In this document: piece by piece, positions 41,501 through 48,486 of the stretch
How positions within the stretch are numbered: position 1 is the first letter of the stretch
How the letters are laid out: each line of letters opens with the position of its first letter
DNA from: a virus
DNA: 64,000 bases
Strand: one strand, 5' to 3'
Virus record (IMG/VR): IMGVR_UViG_3300021138_000002
Location: 1 to 64,000 of that record
Made by a program: the position numbers and the translations under genes
Notes under the pieces: model-generated
Told to the model about the DNA's origin: nothing
The model's input: only the letters and a program-made list of their open reading frames with translations
Databases searched by the model: none

Positions 41501-42660
41501 CCGTTGATTTGATCAAACGGCAAGGTCGTTACCAGATCCACAGTGCCAGCCGGTTGATTGGGTATTGATCCAATGATTGGCAATGTGTAATAGAAATTTT
41601 GTGCAGTGCTGGCCGGTGTGTTGAAAGTCACGGTACCCAAGTCTGCACCGTTGTTGACCACACCCATGACTCCGCGACTGCTGATGTTGGGCGTTGACGG
41701 AATTGTGCCATTCACTCCGGGGTCAGTCTGTATCCAAAATCCCGGACCAGTACCGGGTGTGCCATCCACGATGTTGAACTGACCACGCATGTTGAATTCG
41801 GTTGAACTGCAATAGTACAAGGTATCGGGTGCGTCTTGCGGTACTACAAAAGTGATCAGGCCAGTGGCGGCACCGTTGTTGGTCACTCCTGAATTGTAAA
41901 GATTCACGGTGCCATAACTCAACTGTGTTTTGATATAGAACGGCAGGGGTGCTGTCAACGAAAGATTGAAAGTGTAAGTGTTGCCACGCACCAAGGTCAA
42001 AGTAGGATTGCTGGCGTAGTCGATGATCCAAGACGTGGTGCCATTGTTGGTCACACGATACTGAATGGTTGCTTGATCGTTTTGTGCCACAGCAAAGTTG
42101 TAGGTGCCTTGTCGTGCCAGAGTCAGAGTTGGATTGGTTCCGGGTACTCCACTAAAGGTATAAAAGCCGTTGCTGCGAGTCACTGTAAAATTTTCAAAAG
42201 TGGGTATACCGGTCGCATTTACTGTGACTGCATCCGGTCCGTTGGGCAACCAATAGTATTGAGAATAATTTATAAATTTGTCAAAGTCAACGAACGGATC
42301 CCAGGTATAGTATTCGCTGGTGTACAAAGCAGACGGATCGGCAGTCACTGCACCTTGCAAGGCAAGTGCATCGTTCATGCCCGGATAGGTTATGGCATCA
42401 ACCACCTTGTGAGTGTTGGTTGGATCCAGTTGTACCACGCCAGGCTCCAGCTGATAGTTGTTGCGTACAGCCGTGGGTTCAATCACGTACTGATCGTTGG
42501 CATTTACTCCGGGTCCGATACGTCGGCCCACGTACCCTTGTCGCTTGGCAAAGGCCGGTTCCTGTACCAATTGGTCCAGGGTAGCTGCCAAAAATTGCTT
42601 GTTGGTTTGGGTTTGAAATATCTCAGGAAGAAAGTCTACTGTGCGTACTGTTGTGGCCAT
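29554..42660 (-). CDS. Giant (4368 aa) baseplate wedge / adhesin-like virion protein
   Basis: Follows the gp6-like gene; N-terminal FLPEIFQT..NKQFL; seven FG-GAP-like blades; five W..N..Y..GD.V CBM5/12-like repeats; EVKPYH near the C-terminus. Confidence 0.8.
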   Translation of the reverse strand: MATTVRTVDFLPEIFQTQTNKQFLAATLDQLVQEPAFAKRQGYVGRRIGPGVNANDQYVIEPTAVRNNYQLEPGVVQLDPTNTHKVVDAITYPGMNDALALQGAVTADPSALYTSEYYTWDPFVDFDKFINYSQYYWLPNGPDAVTVNATGIPTFENFTVTRSNGFYTFSGVPGTNPTLTLARQGTYNFAVAQNDQATIQYRVTNNGTTSWIIDYASNPTLTLVRGNTYTFNLSLTAPLPFYIKTQLSYGTVNLYNSGVTNNGAATGLITFVVPQDAPDTLYYCSSTEFNMRGQFNIVDGTPGTGPGFWIQTDPGVNGTIPSTPNISSRGVMGVVNNGADLGTVTFNTPASTAQNFYYTLPIIGSIPNQPAGTVDLVTTLPFDQINGVLVTDFFAANPDGIDGITNIENRTLAFSSTTDLDPNLYVVWLITIVGGRIQLVNILSVDNLTQFSVLFGTQYASTKWFKNSSGVFVEMPLLTASRDTLYYQDGTDPTMFGTIHLVDVAQNAVLNINNILGKTNYTSPNGVTFTNGLKVLFTGTTIPASYSGNEYYVEGVGTAIKLLPVTEFVTPETYISGSPVVPDYLTINRASPDHNPWTRSNRWFHVDVIDVTAKYNNNIPVLDQLARAKRPILEFRPGTRLFDFGTEGIAPVNIIDFSQTNALATVNGSIGFTTDGYTLVNGSTVIFAGDLDIAVRGTVYQVEFITPDTVPPLITEPIINLLPIATVLSDQSTFCLNGNTLIGITYYFDGSYWIQSQQKTTVNQPPEFDVYDSNGISFADPVTYPSSNFTGSKLFSYAVGNGSADAYLGFPLTYLNLSNLGDIVFDNNLYVDSFNYTINNQGITLALSTGFVRQYASRLVFSKEIGWQTAVTKSQIRQQFRYTYSGAPLLLDVAVNPNTTVPSVQLFVNANFVEPYDSTTETYNYTYSVTSNTTTIILNSSVATTGDVVEIQVLSDQISATGFYQVPINLENNPLNKNSPTLTLGTARNHYSTIGQNLINLQGPIIGANNSRDLGNIVPYGLQILQQSSPLTLAGYFLRSDQYNIFNALEFNSREYIKFKSLLLNTVISNDFGTQTVPEILDSAVSIINAGDTSISPFYWSDMLPTGTVIASNSTTVNPITTARFNTVQTYDFTTSNYLGLLVYVNDRLLTRNVEYVVGSGTPTLTVLITLAVGDVVTINEYNPTYGNFVPNTPTKLGLYPKWIPKIYLDTDYVNPTLVIQGHDGSTTVAFGDIRDQILLEFETRIYNNLKNDDNPVPLSVYEVAPGFFRTTDYTESEITQILGEDFLIWTGYNKLDYTAQDYLPNNAFTYNYSTAGNRINGAVLSQGAWRGIYRYFYDTITPNLTPWEMLGFSEQPVWWADRYGLPPYTNGNLVLWGDLERGYIADPVAPYIDPAFARPGLTSAIPVDSLGQLLPPLESVVGLYNPNDFRKSWTVGDGGPVEASWWMSSSYPFAVMRLLALTRPAEFFSLFADRDLYKYNADLGQYLYNGRYRLNASELEIYGNGVSKASYINWIVDYNQQIGLNSTDSLTTDLSNLDVRLCYRMASWTDQQSLEIYLEKSSPESQNKSLLIPPESYNLLLYKDQPYGQIAYSSVVIEIVNNGWAVYGYGSYQPYFPIFISSVNGLTQTVSSGGATVTVPAQYTNKITYIPYGYVFTNQTMVVDFLLSYGKYLESQGMTFTYMENGYVLNWGQMAQEFLYFSQQGWQTGTLINLNPAASQLSVNNAGAVVDSIVSYSPQNQLLDQNRRTFATRDLVIQRYGDSFTINPAPSTNQAISFLNLQFTDYENMIVFDNVDIFNDLIYDPTTAERQNRLYLNAFNTTEWDGTLNAQGFILNQDNVQPWSPTQRYTKGDIVRYKNQYWQASGLVQPTSVFDYNNWFQSNWTRIERGLLPNLANKADQLANTYNTQTANLNNNNDLLAYNLIGFTPRQYMVNLNLDDVTQVNLYQQFIKTKGTVRATDLFTNVALTKGSGTYKIYETWGVLIGTYGATANRSYFEINLNEALLTNNPSTVQIIQPGDVSQANQTVLLSNLWKESYNITSTDILPTIYPTTLNTALPSAGYVNVNDADITVYSLDDPSAIAAKLNTIGTGTTIWVAHDNSYDWNIYRCAQVPGRLRQLTDNLNGTSIAQFTAVTGLAIGDLIIVRYFATGVDGVYRVLGVPSPTQVIISYSFTSTNQTTITGTGLAWHLQTMRVAQASDVATLSYATDLVPGARAWVDNNGSGHWEVLEKQSPFATVESLTAFVPETNSLFGTSIAQSTNSVSLLVGSPNQDTGAIYTYTRVNAGTGQGTYVDNTILTLSAANVAGYGNSLDWGNSNWSIAGASASDGGRGYASAIYQVPASNQYIQTQLFTAPTTANAVAFGSSVAMSYNEQWMYIGAPGGNLVYAYGLVDTPEQSISYTTDGVTAAFNWSSAILVNFTYPEQLIVTLDNQTLVYPTDYTLNSSQILFATAPVTGKKLTISRRSALALTGTGSANYNLVPYLYTATNIDSFNVLVNGVLQRPYIDYNYTTQIEFVSGHEPASGASVQITTRTYWKYISTLPTAGLSLGAGAGFGSSVATSTDGRTVIVGTVADSALDSAGNVVANAGSTYIFDRSVIKYLVNNTAQTTYAIIGSFADPIAVLHNGVYLTNTAQYPNGQFTVVSNNIVLAPSVILAVGDTIEIETNQFQLVQKITAQSPESGSLFGYSSRLCYNDCSLYIGSPKNSNLPMVQDGSVERAVNQSRLYGVTVSTVANPVLTAGTSIRVNGIEVVVPNSPNNTVTGLVNAISPLPWSSTTQYYLNDRVIYNSVCYTAATTSLNVAPSNSSVQWTSSYVIPNVQASLSNNLNFIGDGVTKLFDVGSVYSTAGSNPVVYIDGVLQKASPAAGYTYTYLANSQQIAFVTAPNTYSNIVVVTGKLVLSVINSASAPTYNQLSVLPGLGGAGSAFDTLGFDTFVYTQTLYSPNPVSYGYFGSSISINSNSLNVVIGAPNGNVYEAMSFDGGQTIFDENSTLFSNPVSNSGVAYTFDYFPSANSSVNNPGKMVFGQQIYQSGTATGDQFGTSASYVNGRLVVGAPGVDLATTNNANYGSVAVYDNPNNLPAWATIYQQQPVVNIDLLNSVYSFDKLLSSTQTYYDFIDPLQGKILGVAAQNINYTSAVDPANYNTGTIHNNGTAWADKHVGEIWWDTDTVRFINPNQSDIVYASRQWGRLFPGSRVDIYQWIQSDVPPASYSGTGTPLSTTSYTTQSSLTSTGTFSTQYYYWVRGITTVDSANGKTLSASAIASYIANPLNSGLPYIAPINSSTVALYNSVGLISASDTILHVEYERQAQGAAANIHTEYQFVADGKADSFITDSIYQKMVDSFCGENLSGALVPDPLLSPGMRYGVQYSPRQGMFVNRYRALENYLDRANTILAQYPITEMRSFNLLNSSQPVPDSTTGTATAASISGKTLTVAGTVTGVFEPGQTLTGTGIPAFVTIVARGTGTGGAGTYTISTSLNITSSTITATAGYNMSVPNLTVLGYQDLTAVPVGYLYLVLSDSDYNGRWTVYEVTSNTGSGTLQLAQIQSYDTPLYWNYINWYQPGYNSSIQPVAQVANYSDLQTLSITVAPVGSSVQVNSNGHGQYEIYLRTDLGWTRVALQNGTIAFSEVLWNYQLGPYGYDANVFDAQFFDQAPITETRQIINAINFELFTDELLIYRNELLMLMFQYVYSEFASPNWLIKSSFIVVDHQLEPLLPYQLYEVDDQTFVQDYLTEVKPYHVQTLAFNLIYNGSDTYPGGMTDFDVPAYWNNTLEIPQFTSPVLTPYADSNSYPESFVSDAAPNSAVWSEQPWTNWFNNYTLSIDGVNVVSGGTGYTTAPVVTIGTAWTANTVYVLGQQIYYISGPTNNLYSVTAAGTSGDTPPIFTSGSQTNGTATLTWVGNGASGYATINGTGQVTAVTITNPGSGYLTTASVTLTGGNGTGAQAATVMNNHMVREFAIRIKFDRYQYETTIYEWQAGHNYAEGDQVRWQNRVWSANAAVSSAVFDPNQWSLVDAGTLSGVDRTMGYYTPTPNMPGLSLPLLIEGVSYPGVQVAGLNYTAGQDVSMLDTVYSSSYIDPYLGLRTTDINVAGGGYVDAYSSYAPEELVPGIEFDTLDFRVYTTGGPTGGADFRIFQDMRGLQLTYTITDNTTTTLTQAVTANADIIHVANAGALFVPDFDANQWGVLTIGAERIMYRTIDLVNNTVSDLIRGTAGTAVTTHNTGATVYNMSSSNLYGRQYQNYVVQDTTLANGTATVFNAPSITLSTSTTTWAIGNTYSLGDIVKSSGNFYRAKQDVPANTAISNSNYWQPLNVAVEVYVAGQRVNSTLYTITAESPVQVTFATAPAAGVDVTILVRRGTWVDY

Positions 42661-45600
42661 TAAATTACCCCACTACCGGGTGCAGTTTGTAAATTTGTAC
42701 TGGTAAGTGCTGTGATAACTTCAACGTCGTTGACTGTGGCACCATTGACAAATATTTGATTGGGGGCTGATCTTATTTCATAAAGGTCACCAAAACTTTT
42801 CTGTGGATTCAGTGGAACCAGAACCACACTGCTTACTATGTCACCAATCTGTTGATGTATGTAGGCCGCCAATTCACTAAAATAAAAGGTATCGCCAAAG
42901 TTCCAATTGGCCAGGTCAAAGTACGTAGCCATGGTAGCCACGACAGAATTTTTGATTTCAGTCACGCTGGCTGTGCTCTGACTGTTTTGTATGACCTTGA
43001 TGGTGGCTCGCAAGGCCGGATCGGCTTTTTGTCCAAACAAGGGCTGGAAGTCCACGGAATTTATAATCAAATTGTCTGATATCATTTTGTAAGTGTCTAA
43101 GCCAGCGTAGGCTGTGCTTAATTCGTTTATGGTAGGTGGGCTGGGTTCGGTCACAGTGCCGGTCACATCTTGTAGCCAATTTTGATAGGCTGTGTAGTAT
43201 TCGTTGGTGACCACATAAGAATCAATGATGTTTGTGCTGCCCGGATCGATACGACTGGTTAGGGGACTGTTGTGTCTGTATTGGAAATAGAGATCTTGTC
43301 GACCAATTTTGGCCAGATAAGATGAGTTCACAGTGAGCACTCGATTACCAGTGCTGTCTAGAGTTATGGTATAAAACACCTGATTGGTTATAGCCTGGCT
43401 GGGGTATTGATTGTAAGCGTAGAATGTCTGTCCCACAGTGTACTGACTCAATACCAACTGTATTGAAGCTTGTGTGGGGTAATCTGAATTGACCACACCC
43501 TGATTGACCAGCAAATATCTCTGCAGATTGTCAAAGTCGGTGGTCTGTTGGAAGAACACCAGTTTGTGATTGCTGTTGACTGTGGGGGCCACTAGATCAT
43601 TGAAGAAATCTGGATTGATAGGCACGCTGCTTCCGGGCACACTTTCAAAACTGACTTCAACTTGGAAATCATCTACTAGGCCGTCGGTCAATACTGGCTG
43701 GGCGATAATGGTCATGACACTGTCTTCAGGCAAGGGGTAATTTGAATCAGGCTGACTGTTGATCTTGAGCACGTTTATGTAATCCCGTATCACAGTTCCG
43801 GTACGGCTGTCATAGATTGGATCACTGGTATAAAAGAAAAATCTTGTTTCGGCCACGCTGCCAAAAAAGTATTCGAGCGATCTAGATATCACGGTATAGT
43901 TGTTGCCGTTGGTGGTACACTGGATCAGCCAGCTGGCATCGCTGTTGGTTCCGGCTGTGCTTTGTGCGTTGGTCAGACTGAATTGGGCATTAGTATCCAA
44001 ATTGCTGGATGTGATCAGATACCAGGTTCCGGTAAGATTGTTGTAGCCCAGGCCAAAGTTTTGATTGAGATAGATTTGATTGACCACACTCTGTTTTAAA
44101 CTTGTGGGAATGTCGGTGACAAAAAGCGGAATCACTTGGTTGGGGATGGCACCGGTGGGAACATAAGTGTTCAACACCACTGGACCAACTCCTGTAGGCA
44201 AATTGCCCAGTCCTTGAGCGGTACCCGACAGATAAACTGCGGTCGGGCTGGCCCAGATAGACATTTTTTCACTGGGTTGGCTGGCTGTACCAGGTTGCAA
44301 ATTGTTTTCGGCATCAAAATAATAACCGGCAGGAGGAACAAATTCTACCAAGCTACCGACCACGATATATTTGGCATTGTTGCTGGCATAAGGACCAACC
44401 GGTACCGGTGTGCCTGAACTGTTTTGGAAATAACCTGTGGTTTCGTTGTTGAGCACAGTGCTCTGATGCCAAGTGTAGTTTAGGCTGTACAAGTCGGGTC
44501 TAGGAAAATTGGCATAGTAAAACTGTTGCATGCCGGCTGTGCTCAATAAAGGATTGACTTGATTGTACACAATGTCGCTGATGTCGTTGACTGTGAGCCA
44601 CGAAAACAAAAATGCCGGTGTTAAATTGCTTTCGTACAAGGCACCGTCGCTGGCAAAAATATTGGTGCTGGAATATTTGCCTGTGCCATCGACCAGGTCA
44701 AGATATCTGCTGGTTCCTATGCTGGCTCTATTGACCGCTGTGCTTTTTAATATGCTGTTGTATTGGGTGAACGGAAAAGTGGTATAGTCTTCGCCGTTGA
44801 CCATTCTGTTCTGTGTGTAATACTGTGCCGGTGCACGCTGTTTGATTTCTTGTATGGTTTCGCGTGCTTGTGCATTGGTCACTGGTTCAGTGATGCCACA
44901 AACAAAAGTCAAGGTTTCAATCTGTCCAGTGCGGCTCACATAACTGATCGGAATCTGTATGTTTTGCATTTCCTGTGGATTGATAATGTAGGTCAATCCG
45001 TTGCTGGCTCTCACATAGGTTCTAAACGTGCCCACTGGAATGGTACTGAATATACCATCGCCAAAGTTCAGGGTTATCTGATCATTGGTTCTGCTGGCGA
45101 TACTGTAGATGTTTTGAGTGCCCGGTGTCAACTGTTGTGTGGCAGCAGCATAAACACTGGGTACTGGAACCCAAAAATACTGTATGTTGCCCACATTGTC
45201 CAACTGATACAACCATACATCGGTATTATTGACACCGTCGATGTTGATGTTGACTGCACGATTGCTTATTCTTTCGGCCAAGTTGAAATCTTGATTTTGC
45301 AGTGTGCCCTGTTTGAAGTAGAAAAAATATCCGGTATTGGCACTGGCAAAACCCAGTTTGTCGTTTCTAAACAAGATGTTGAATTGTCCGTTGGGCAATG
45401 GAGGTGGTTCATACACATATTCTTGCCCGGCTGATGTGGCGTTTACAGCTTCAAACGGCATGCTGACGCCATCAACTGTGGCTGTGTAAGGAATCACCGG
45501 CAAATATCCTGGAACTAGATTGATAGTATATTCTTGTGTAGTAATGCCTAGAATGTCTTGTGTGGCTCCCGGACGTCCAAAACGCTGTGTGTTTACTAAC

Positions 45601-46088
45601 GAAGCATTTATGATGGTGGTAAACTGTTCTTGCCAATCAAGATTGGTAGGATCTGCCCAGTTCACTGTGATATTTTGTAAATTGATACCGTTGTAGTCGG
45701 TGAGATTTTCTGTGGTGCTGACACTGAACACTTTGAGATAGCCCGATGCTTCGGTGTTGCGTAACGGTGTGTAGCTGACCAAGTTGGCCAATTTGATAAC
45801 ACTGTCTCTACGTTCAGCAGTGTCTAGATAATTTTCTCTGTTGTTTAGGTCGGTACGAAATGCTAGAGCCTGGCCCATAAATGCCATCACGTCCAGCAAG
45901 GCAATAAATTCGCTGCTTTCAATGTAGTCGTTGAAAGTTTCTGGATAGTATATTCGCAAATAGTCTACAAAACTTTTGCGTAGTGTTTCAAAATCATAGC
46001 TTTGAAAGTTGGCTTCTTGGTAGGTCTGATAGATCTGCTTCCAATCTTCAACGCCAAATATTGCAGTTTGTCTTGTGGTTGTGGCCAT
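42660..46088 (-). CDS. gp6: Baseplate wedge protein, T4 gp6-like
   Basis: SYDFETLR, ENYLDTAERRDSVIKLANLVSY, FGDGIF, ETIQEIKQRAPAQYYTQNRMVNGEDY. Confidence 0.85.
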   Translation of the reverse strand: MATTTRQTAIFGVEDWKQIYQTYQEANFQSYDFETLRKSFVDYLRIYYPETFNDYIESSEFIALLDVMAFMGQALAFRTDLNNRENYLDTAERRDSVIKLANLVSYTPLRNTEASGYLKVFSVSTTENLTDYNGINLQNITVNWADPTNLDWQEQFTTIINASLVNTQRFGRPGATQDILGITTQEYTINLVPGYLPVIPYTATVDGVSMPFEAVNATSAGQEYVYEPPPLPNGQFNILFRNDKLGFASANTGYFFYFKQGTLQNQDFNLAERISNRAVNINIDGVNNTDVWLYQLDNVGNIQYFWVPVPSVYAAATQQLTPGTQNIYSIASRTNDQITLNFGDGIFSTIPVGTFRTYVRASNGLTYIINPQEMQNIQIPISYVSRTGQIETLTFVCGITEPVTNAQARETIQEIKQRAPAQYYTQNRMVNGEDYTTFPFTQYNSILKSTAVNRASIGTSRYLDLVDGTGKYSSTNIFASDGALYESNLTPAFLFSWLTVNDISDIVYNQVNPLLSTAGMQQFYYANFPRPDLYSLNYTWHQSTVLNNETTGYFQNSSGTPVPVGPYASNNAKYIVVGSLVEFVPPAGYYFDAENNLQPGTASQPSEKMSIWASPTAVYLSGTAQGLGNLPTGVGPVVLNTYVPTGAIPNQVIPLFVTDIPTSLKQSVVNQIYLNQNFGLGYNNLTGTWYLITSSNLDTNAQFSLTNAQSTAGTNSDASWLIQCTTNGNNYTVISRSLEYFFGSVAETRFFFYTSDPIYDSRTGTVIRDYINVLKINSQPDSNYPLPEDSVMTIIAQPVLTDGLVDDFQVEVSFESVPGSSVPINPDFFNDLVAPTVNSNHKLVFFQQTTDFDNLQRYLLVNQGVVNSDYPTQASIQLVLSQYTVGQTFYAYNQYPSQAITNQVFYTITLDSTGNRVLTVNSSYLAKIGRQDLYFQYRHNSPLTSRIDPGSTNIIDSYVVTNEYYTAYQNWLQDVTGTVTEPSPPTINELSTAYAGLDTYKMISDNLIINSVDFQPLFGQKADPALRATIKVIQNSQSTASVTEIKNSVVATMATYFDLANWNFGDTFYFSELAAYIHQQIGDIVSSVVLVPLNPQKSFGDLYEIRSAPNQIFVNGATVNDVEVITALTSTNLQTAPGSGVI

Positions 46089-46106
46089 AATTGTTCCAGT
46101 GTTTTG

Positions 46107-46112
46107 TATTTA
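46107..46112 (-). promoter_or_regulatory. ATAAATA late-promoter-like motif upstream of the gp6-like gene
   Basis: - strand gATAAATAcaaaacactggaacaattATG. Confidence 0.5.
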
Positions 46113-46134
46113 TCGACGTTATTAACTGGTCAGT

Positions 46135-46509
46135 TTATACATAGCTGGCCACACGTTGAGATTGATTGAAAAAGATACTCAACTGTTGTGCCGTGGTAGT
46201 GCCTACCACTGTTATTTCTAGCTGTATTAAAAGTCCGTTCTGTTGCGGAAATACTTCAATTGAGCTGATGTAGATTCTAGGATCCCCGCCAGCTACCCGT
46301 TGCACTTCGTTGTACACAGCCTGTATGGTATCCTGTGTTTGGTTTTCAAATATGTTGTTCCACAAGGTAGTTCCGTACCAGGGCAGGCCCACCAGTTCAC
46401 CTTGTCTGATATTGAATGCATTGAGTAAATCACGTTTGATCAACTCAAAATCAGTCAAGGTAAAATATTTGTTTTGATTGATTGTGTTGAATCCAATAAA
46501 TGTTGTCAT
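46135..46509 (-). CDS. gp25: Baseplate wedge subunit, gp25/GPW-like
   Basis: LTDFELIKRDLLNAFNIRQGE...YGT...DPRI; TAAATA at 46514-46519, 4 nt before the ATG. Confidence 0.82.
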   Translation of the reverse strand: MTTFIGFNTINQNKYFTLTDFELIKRDLLNAFNIRQGELVGLPWYGTTLWNNIFENQTQDTIQAVYNEVQRVAGGDPRIYISSIEVFPQQNGLLIQLEITVVGTTTAQQLSIFFNQSQRVASYV

Positions 46510-46527
46510 GGTGTATTTACTCTCAAA

Positions 46528-48486
46528 TCAAATCAGACCAGACAATGCGTTTGAGATAATGCCACCGGGATTATTTTTTAAATTAGACACAGTGTTGGTC
46601 ACATTTTGTACTTGGCTTAATAATGCTCCACCTTGGCTTTTTAAATTTTGCAATATGTTTGCCGCTGCTGTTATATCTGCACTGGCGTTTAGACTTATGC
46701 TGTTTATGGAAGGAAAATCAAAAATAGGAGTGGGTACTTTGCTACTGCCTATTATTTTGGTCATGGCCACGTCCAGGGTGGCACGATTCACAGTGTTGCT
46801 GTAACCGGCTGCTACCTTTGTGCCCGACACTAGATCGTCACCGCCACCACCAAATATTCCACCAATGGCCCCTAGACCGCCGAGGTCTCCCAGGCTGGCC
46901 AAACTGCTGAAATCACCAAAACTGCTTAACAAACTGCCAACATCGGCTCCACCCAATAGGTCACTGGCCAGGCTGGTCACATCACCGCTTAACAACCCAT
47001 CAACTATGTTGCTGGCCTGACCGCCAAGATCACTGATCAAATTGGTCACGTCACCGCTTAACAATCCATTTACCACGCTACCGGCTTGACCACCTAACAA
47101 ATTGCTGGCGACGCCACTGGCACTGCCCAACAGATTGGTCACAGCACCGCTGCCTAAATTGGTCAAGCTGGCAAGATCAAAGTTTCCTAGATTGGATAAC
47201 GCCGCACCAGGGTCACTGAAAAGGCTGGCAAATTGTCCGGCTTTGCCGGTAATGTCAAGATTGCTGGTCAGACTGGTTATACTTTGACCTATGTCACCGG
47301 GAAGAGCGTTCAATAGATTACTGCCAAGATTGAAAGTTCCGGCGGCTGGACTGATGATACCGCCTAGAAGATTTTGTGCATAGTCGGTCGCTTGAGTGGC
47401 TAATCCTCCTGTGAGAGCAGAAAGTCCGCCCGAACTCAACTGACTCCAAGCGGCTGTGGCTTCTGTGCCAAATCTACCGGCATTGGTCACTAAGGCTCCT
47501 ACATCGCCCAGTGCTGTGTTGGCCAACTTGCTGGCGATGCCGCTGACATTGTTTAGATTCAAAGCGCCATTTGTAATTGTGTCAATCGCACCCGATGCAA
47601 TGGTAGAAACATTGGTCAACGGAGAAGACAACAGCGAAGCCAGGGGCGTGCTGGCCAGTGCACCTGACACAGATGCAGGAACTGATAAACTGATTCCAGT
47701 TGCTGCTCCCAGACTCGAGACTGTCTGCAATCCGCTTTGCGTAAAAACCTGCCCTACACTGGCAGTAATGGCCTGTGCGGTGGAGGGATTGATAACACCA
47801 GCCGATACCAGCCCGTCGTAACCGTTTTGCAACAGAGTGGTCTGTGCATTGGTTTGCAAGCCGGTATTGGACAAAAAATCTGCGGCCGAGTTTACACCTT
47901 TTAGACCGGTCCATATGCCCGGCGAACTCAACACCGTGGTCAGAGGTGCTGGATCAAAAATAAATCGTTGCCAGGTTCCAGGCTTGACATAACCAGCTTG
48001 CTCCAGTTGCACACAACTCAATCCATACTGCCCAACACCTTTGTCATCGCTCATGACTGTGGCCGGTTGATCGACTAGATTGGCTATCTGTGCCAGAATT
48101 CCTTGTACTTGTGAGCTGTTCAATGGACCAATAGGATTGGGTGCCAGTTCGCCCGAGTTCACATTGACCAAATCAGCCTGTCCAACTGGGCGTGTCAGCG
48201 GAGTGTTGATCAAGGCCGGAACTCCGGTTGATGTGGGTATGTTGTTGATGATACTCAGTATGGCCCGTGTGTCTACTCCAGCAGTGCCTCGGTCCAGGCG
48301 ACTGAGAGCAAATTTAGTCACAGCAGTTTTTGTACTGGTCAGGGTCTGTCCAGGGCTGTATCCTACCAAGGCACCGGCGGCCACTTGACCATAGAATATA
48401 AGGTCGGCCTGCAGTTGTGTGGTCCCAGTAGGAGCTGTCAGCCTAAACGTTGATCCGGACGGAAGGGTATATGTAAACACGCTCAT
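46528..48486 (-). CDS. Gly/Ser/Leu-rich virion protein (hub-associated or ejected; possible lysozyme-like N-terminal part)
   Basis: 652 aa, GVGQYGLSCVQLEQAGYVKPG, amphipathic GLLSGDVT repeats; between gp5-like and gp25-like genes. Confidence 0.6.
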   Translation of the reverse strand: MSVFTYTLPSGSTFRLTAPTGTTQLQADLIFYGQVAAGALVGYSPGQTLTSTKTAVTKFALSRLDRGTAGVDTRAILSIINNIPTSTGVPALINTPLTRPVGQADLVNVNSGELAPNPIGPLNSSQVQGILAQIANLVDQPATVMSDDKGVGQYGLSCVQLEQAGYVKPGTWQRFIFDPAPLTTVLSSPGIWTGLKGVNSAADFLSNTGLQTNAQTTLLQNGYDGLVSAGVINPSTAQAITASVGQVFTQSGLQTVSSLGAATGISLSVPASVSGALASTPLASLLSSPLTNVSTIASGAIDTITNGALNLNNVSGIASKLANTALGDVGALVTNAGRFGTEATAAWSQLSSGGLSALTGGLATQATDYAQNLLGGIISPAAGTFNLGSNLLNALPGDIGQSITSLTSNLDITGKAGQFASLFSDPGAALSNLGNFDLASLTNLGSGAVTNLLGSASGVASNLLGGQAGSVVNGLLSGDVTNLISDLGGQASNIVDGLLSGDVTSLASDLLGGADVGSLLSSFGDFSSLASLGDLGGLGAIGGIFGGGGDDLVSGTKVAAGYSNTVNRATLDVAMTKIIGSSKVPTPIFDFPSINSISLNASADITAAANILQNLKSQGGALLSQVQNVTNTVSNLKNNPGGIISNALSGLI

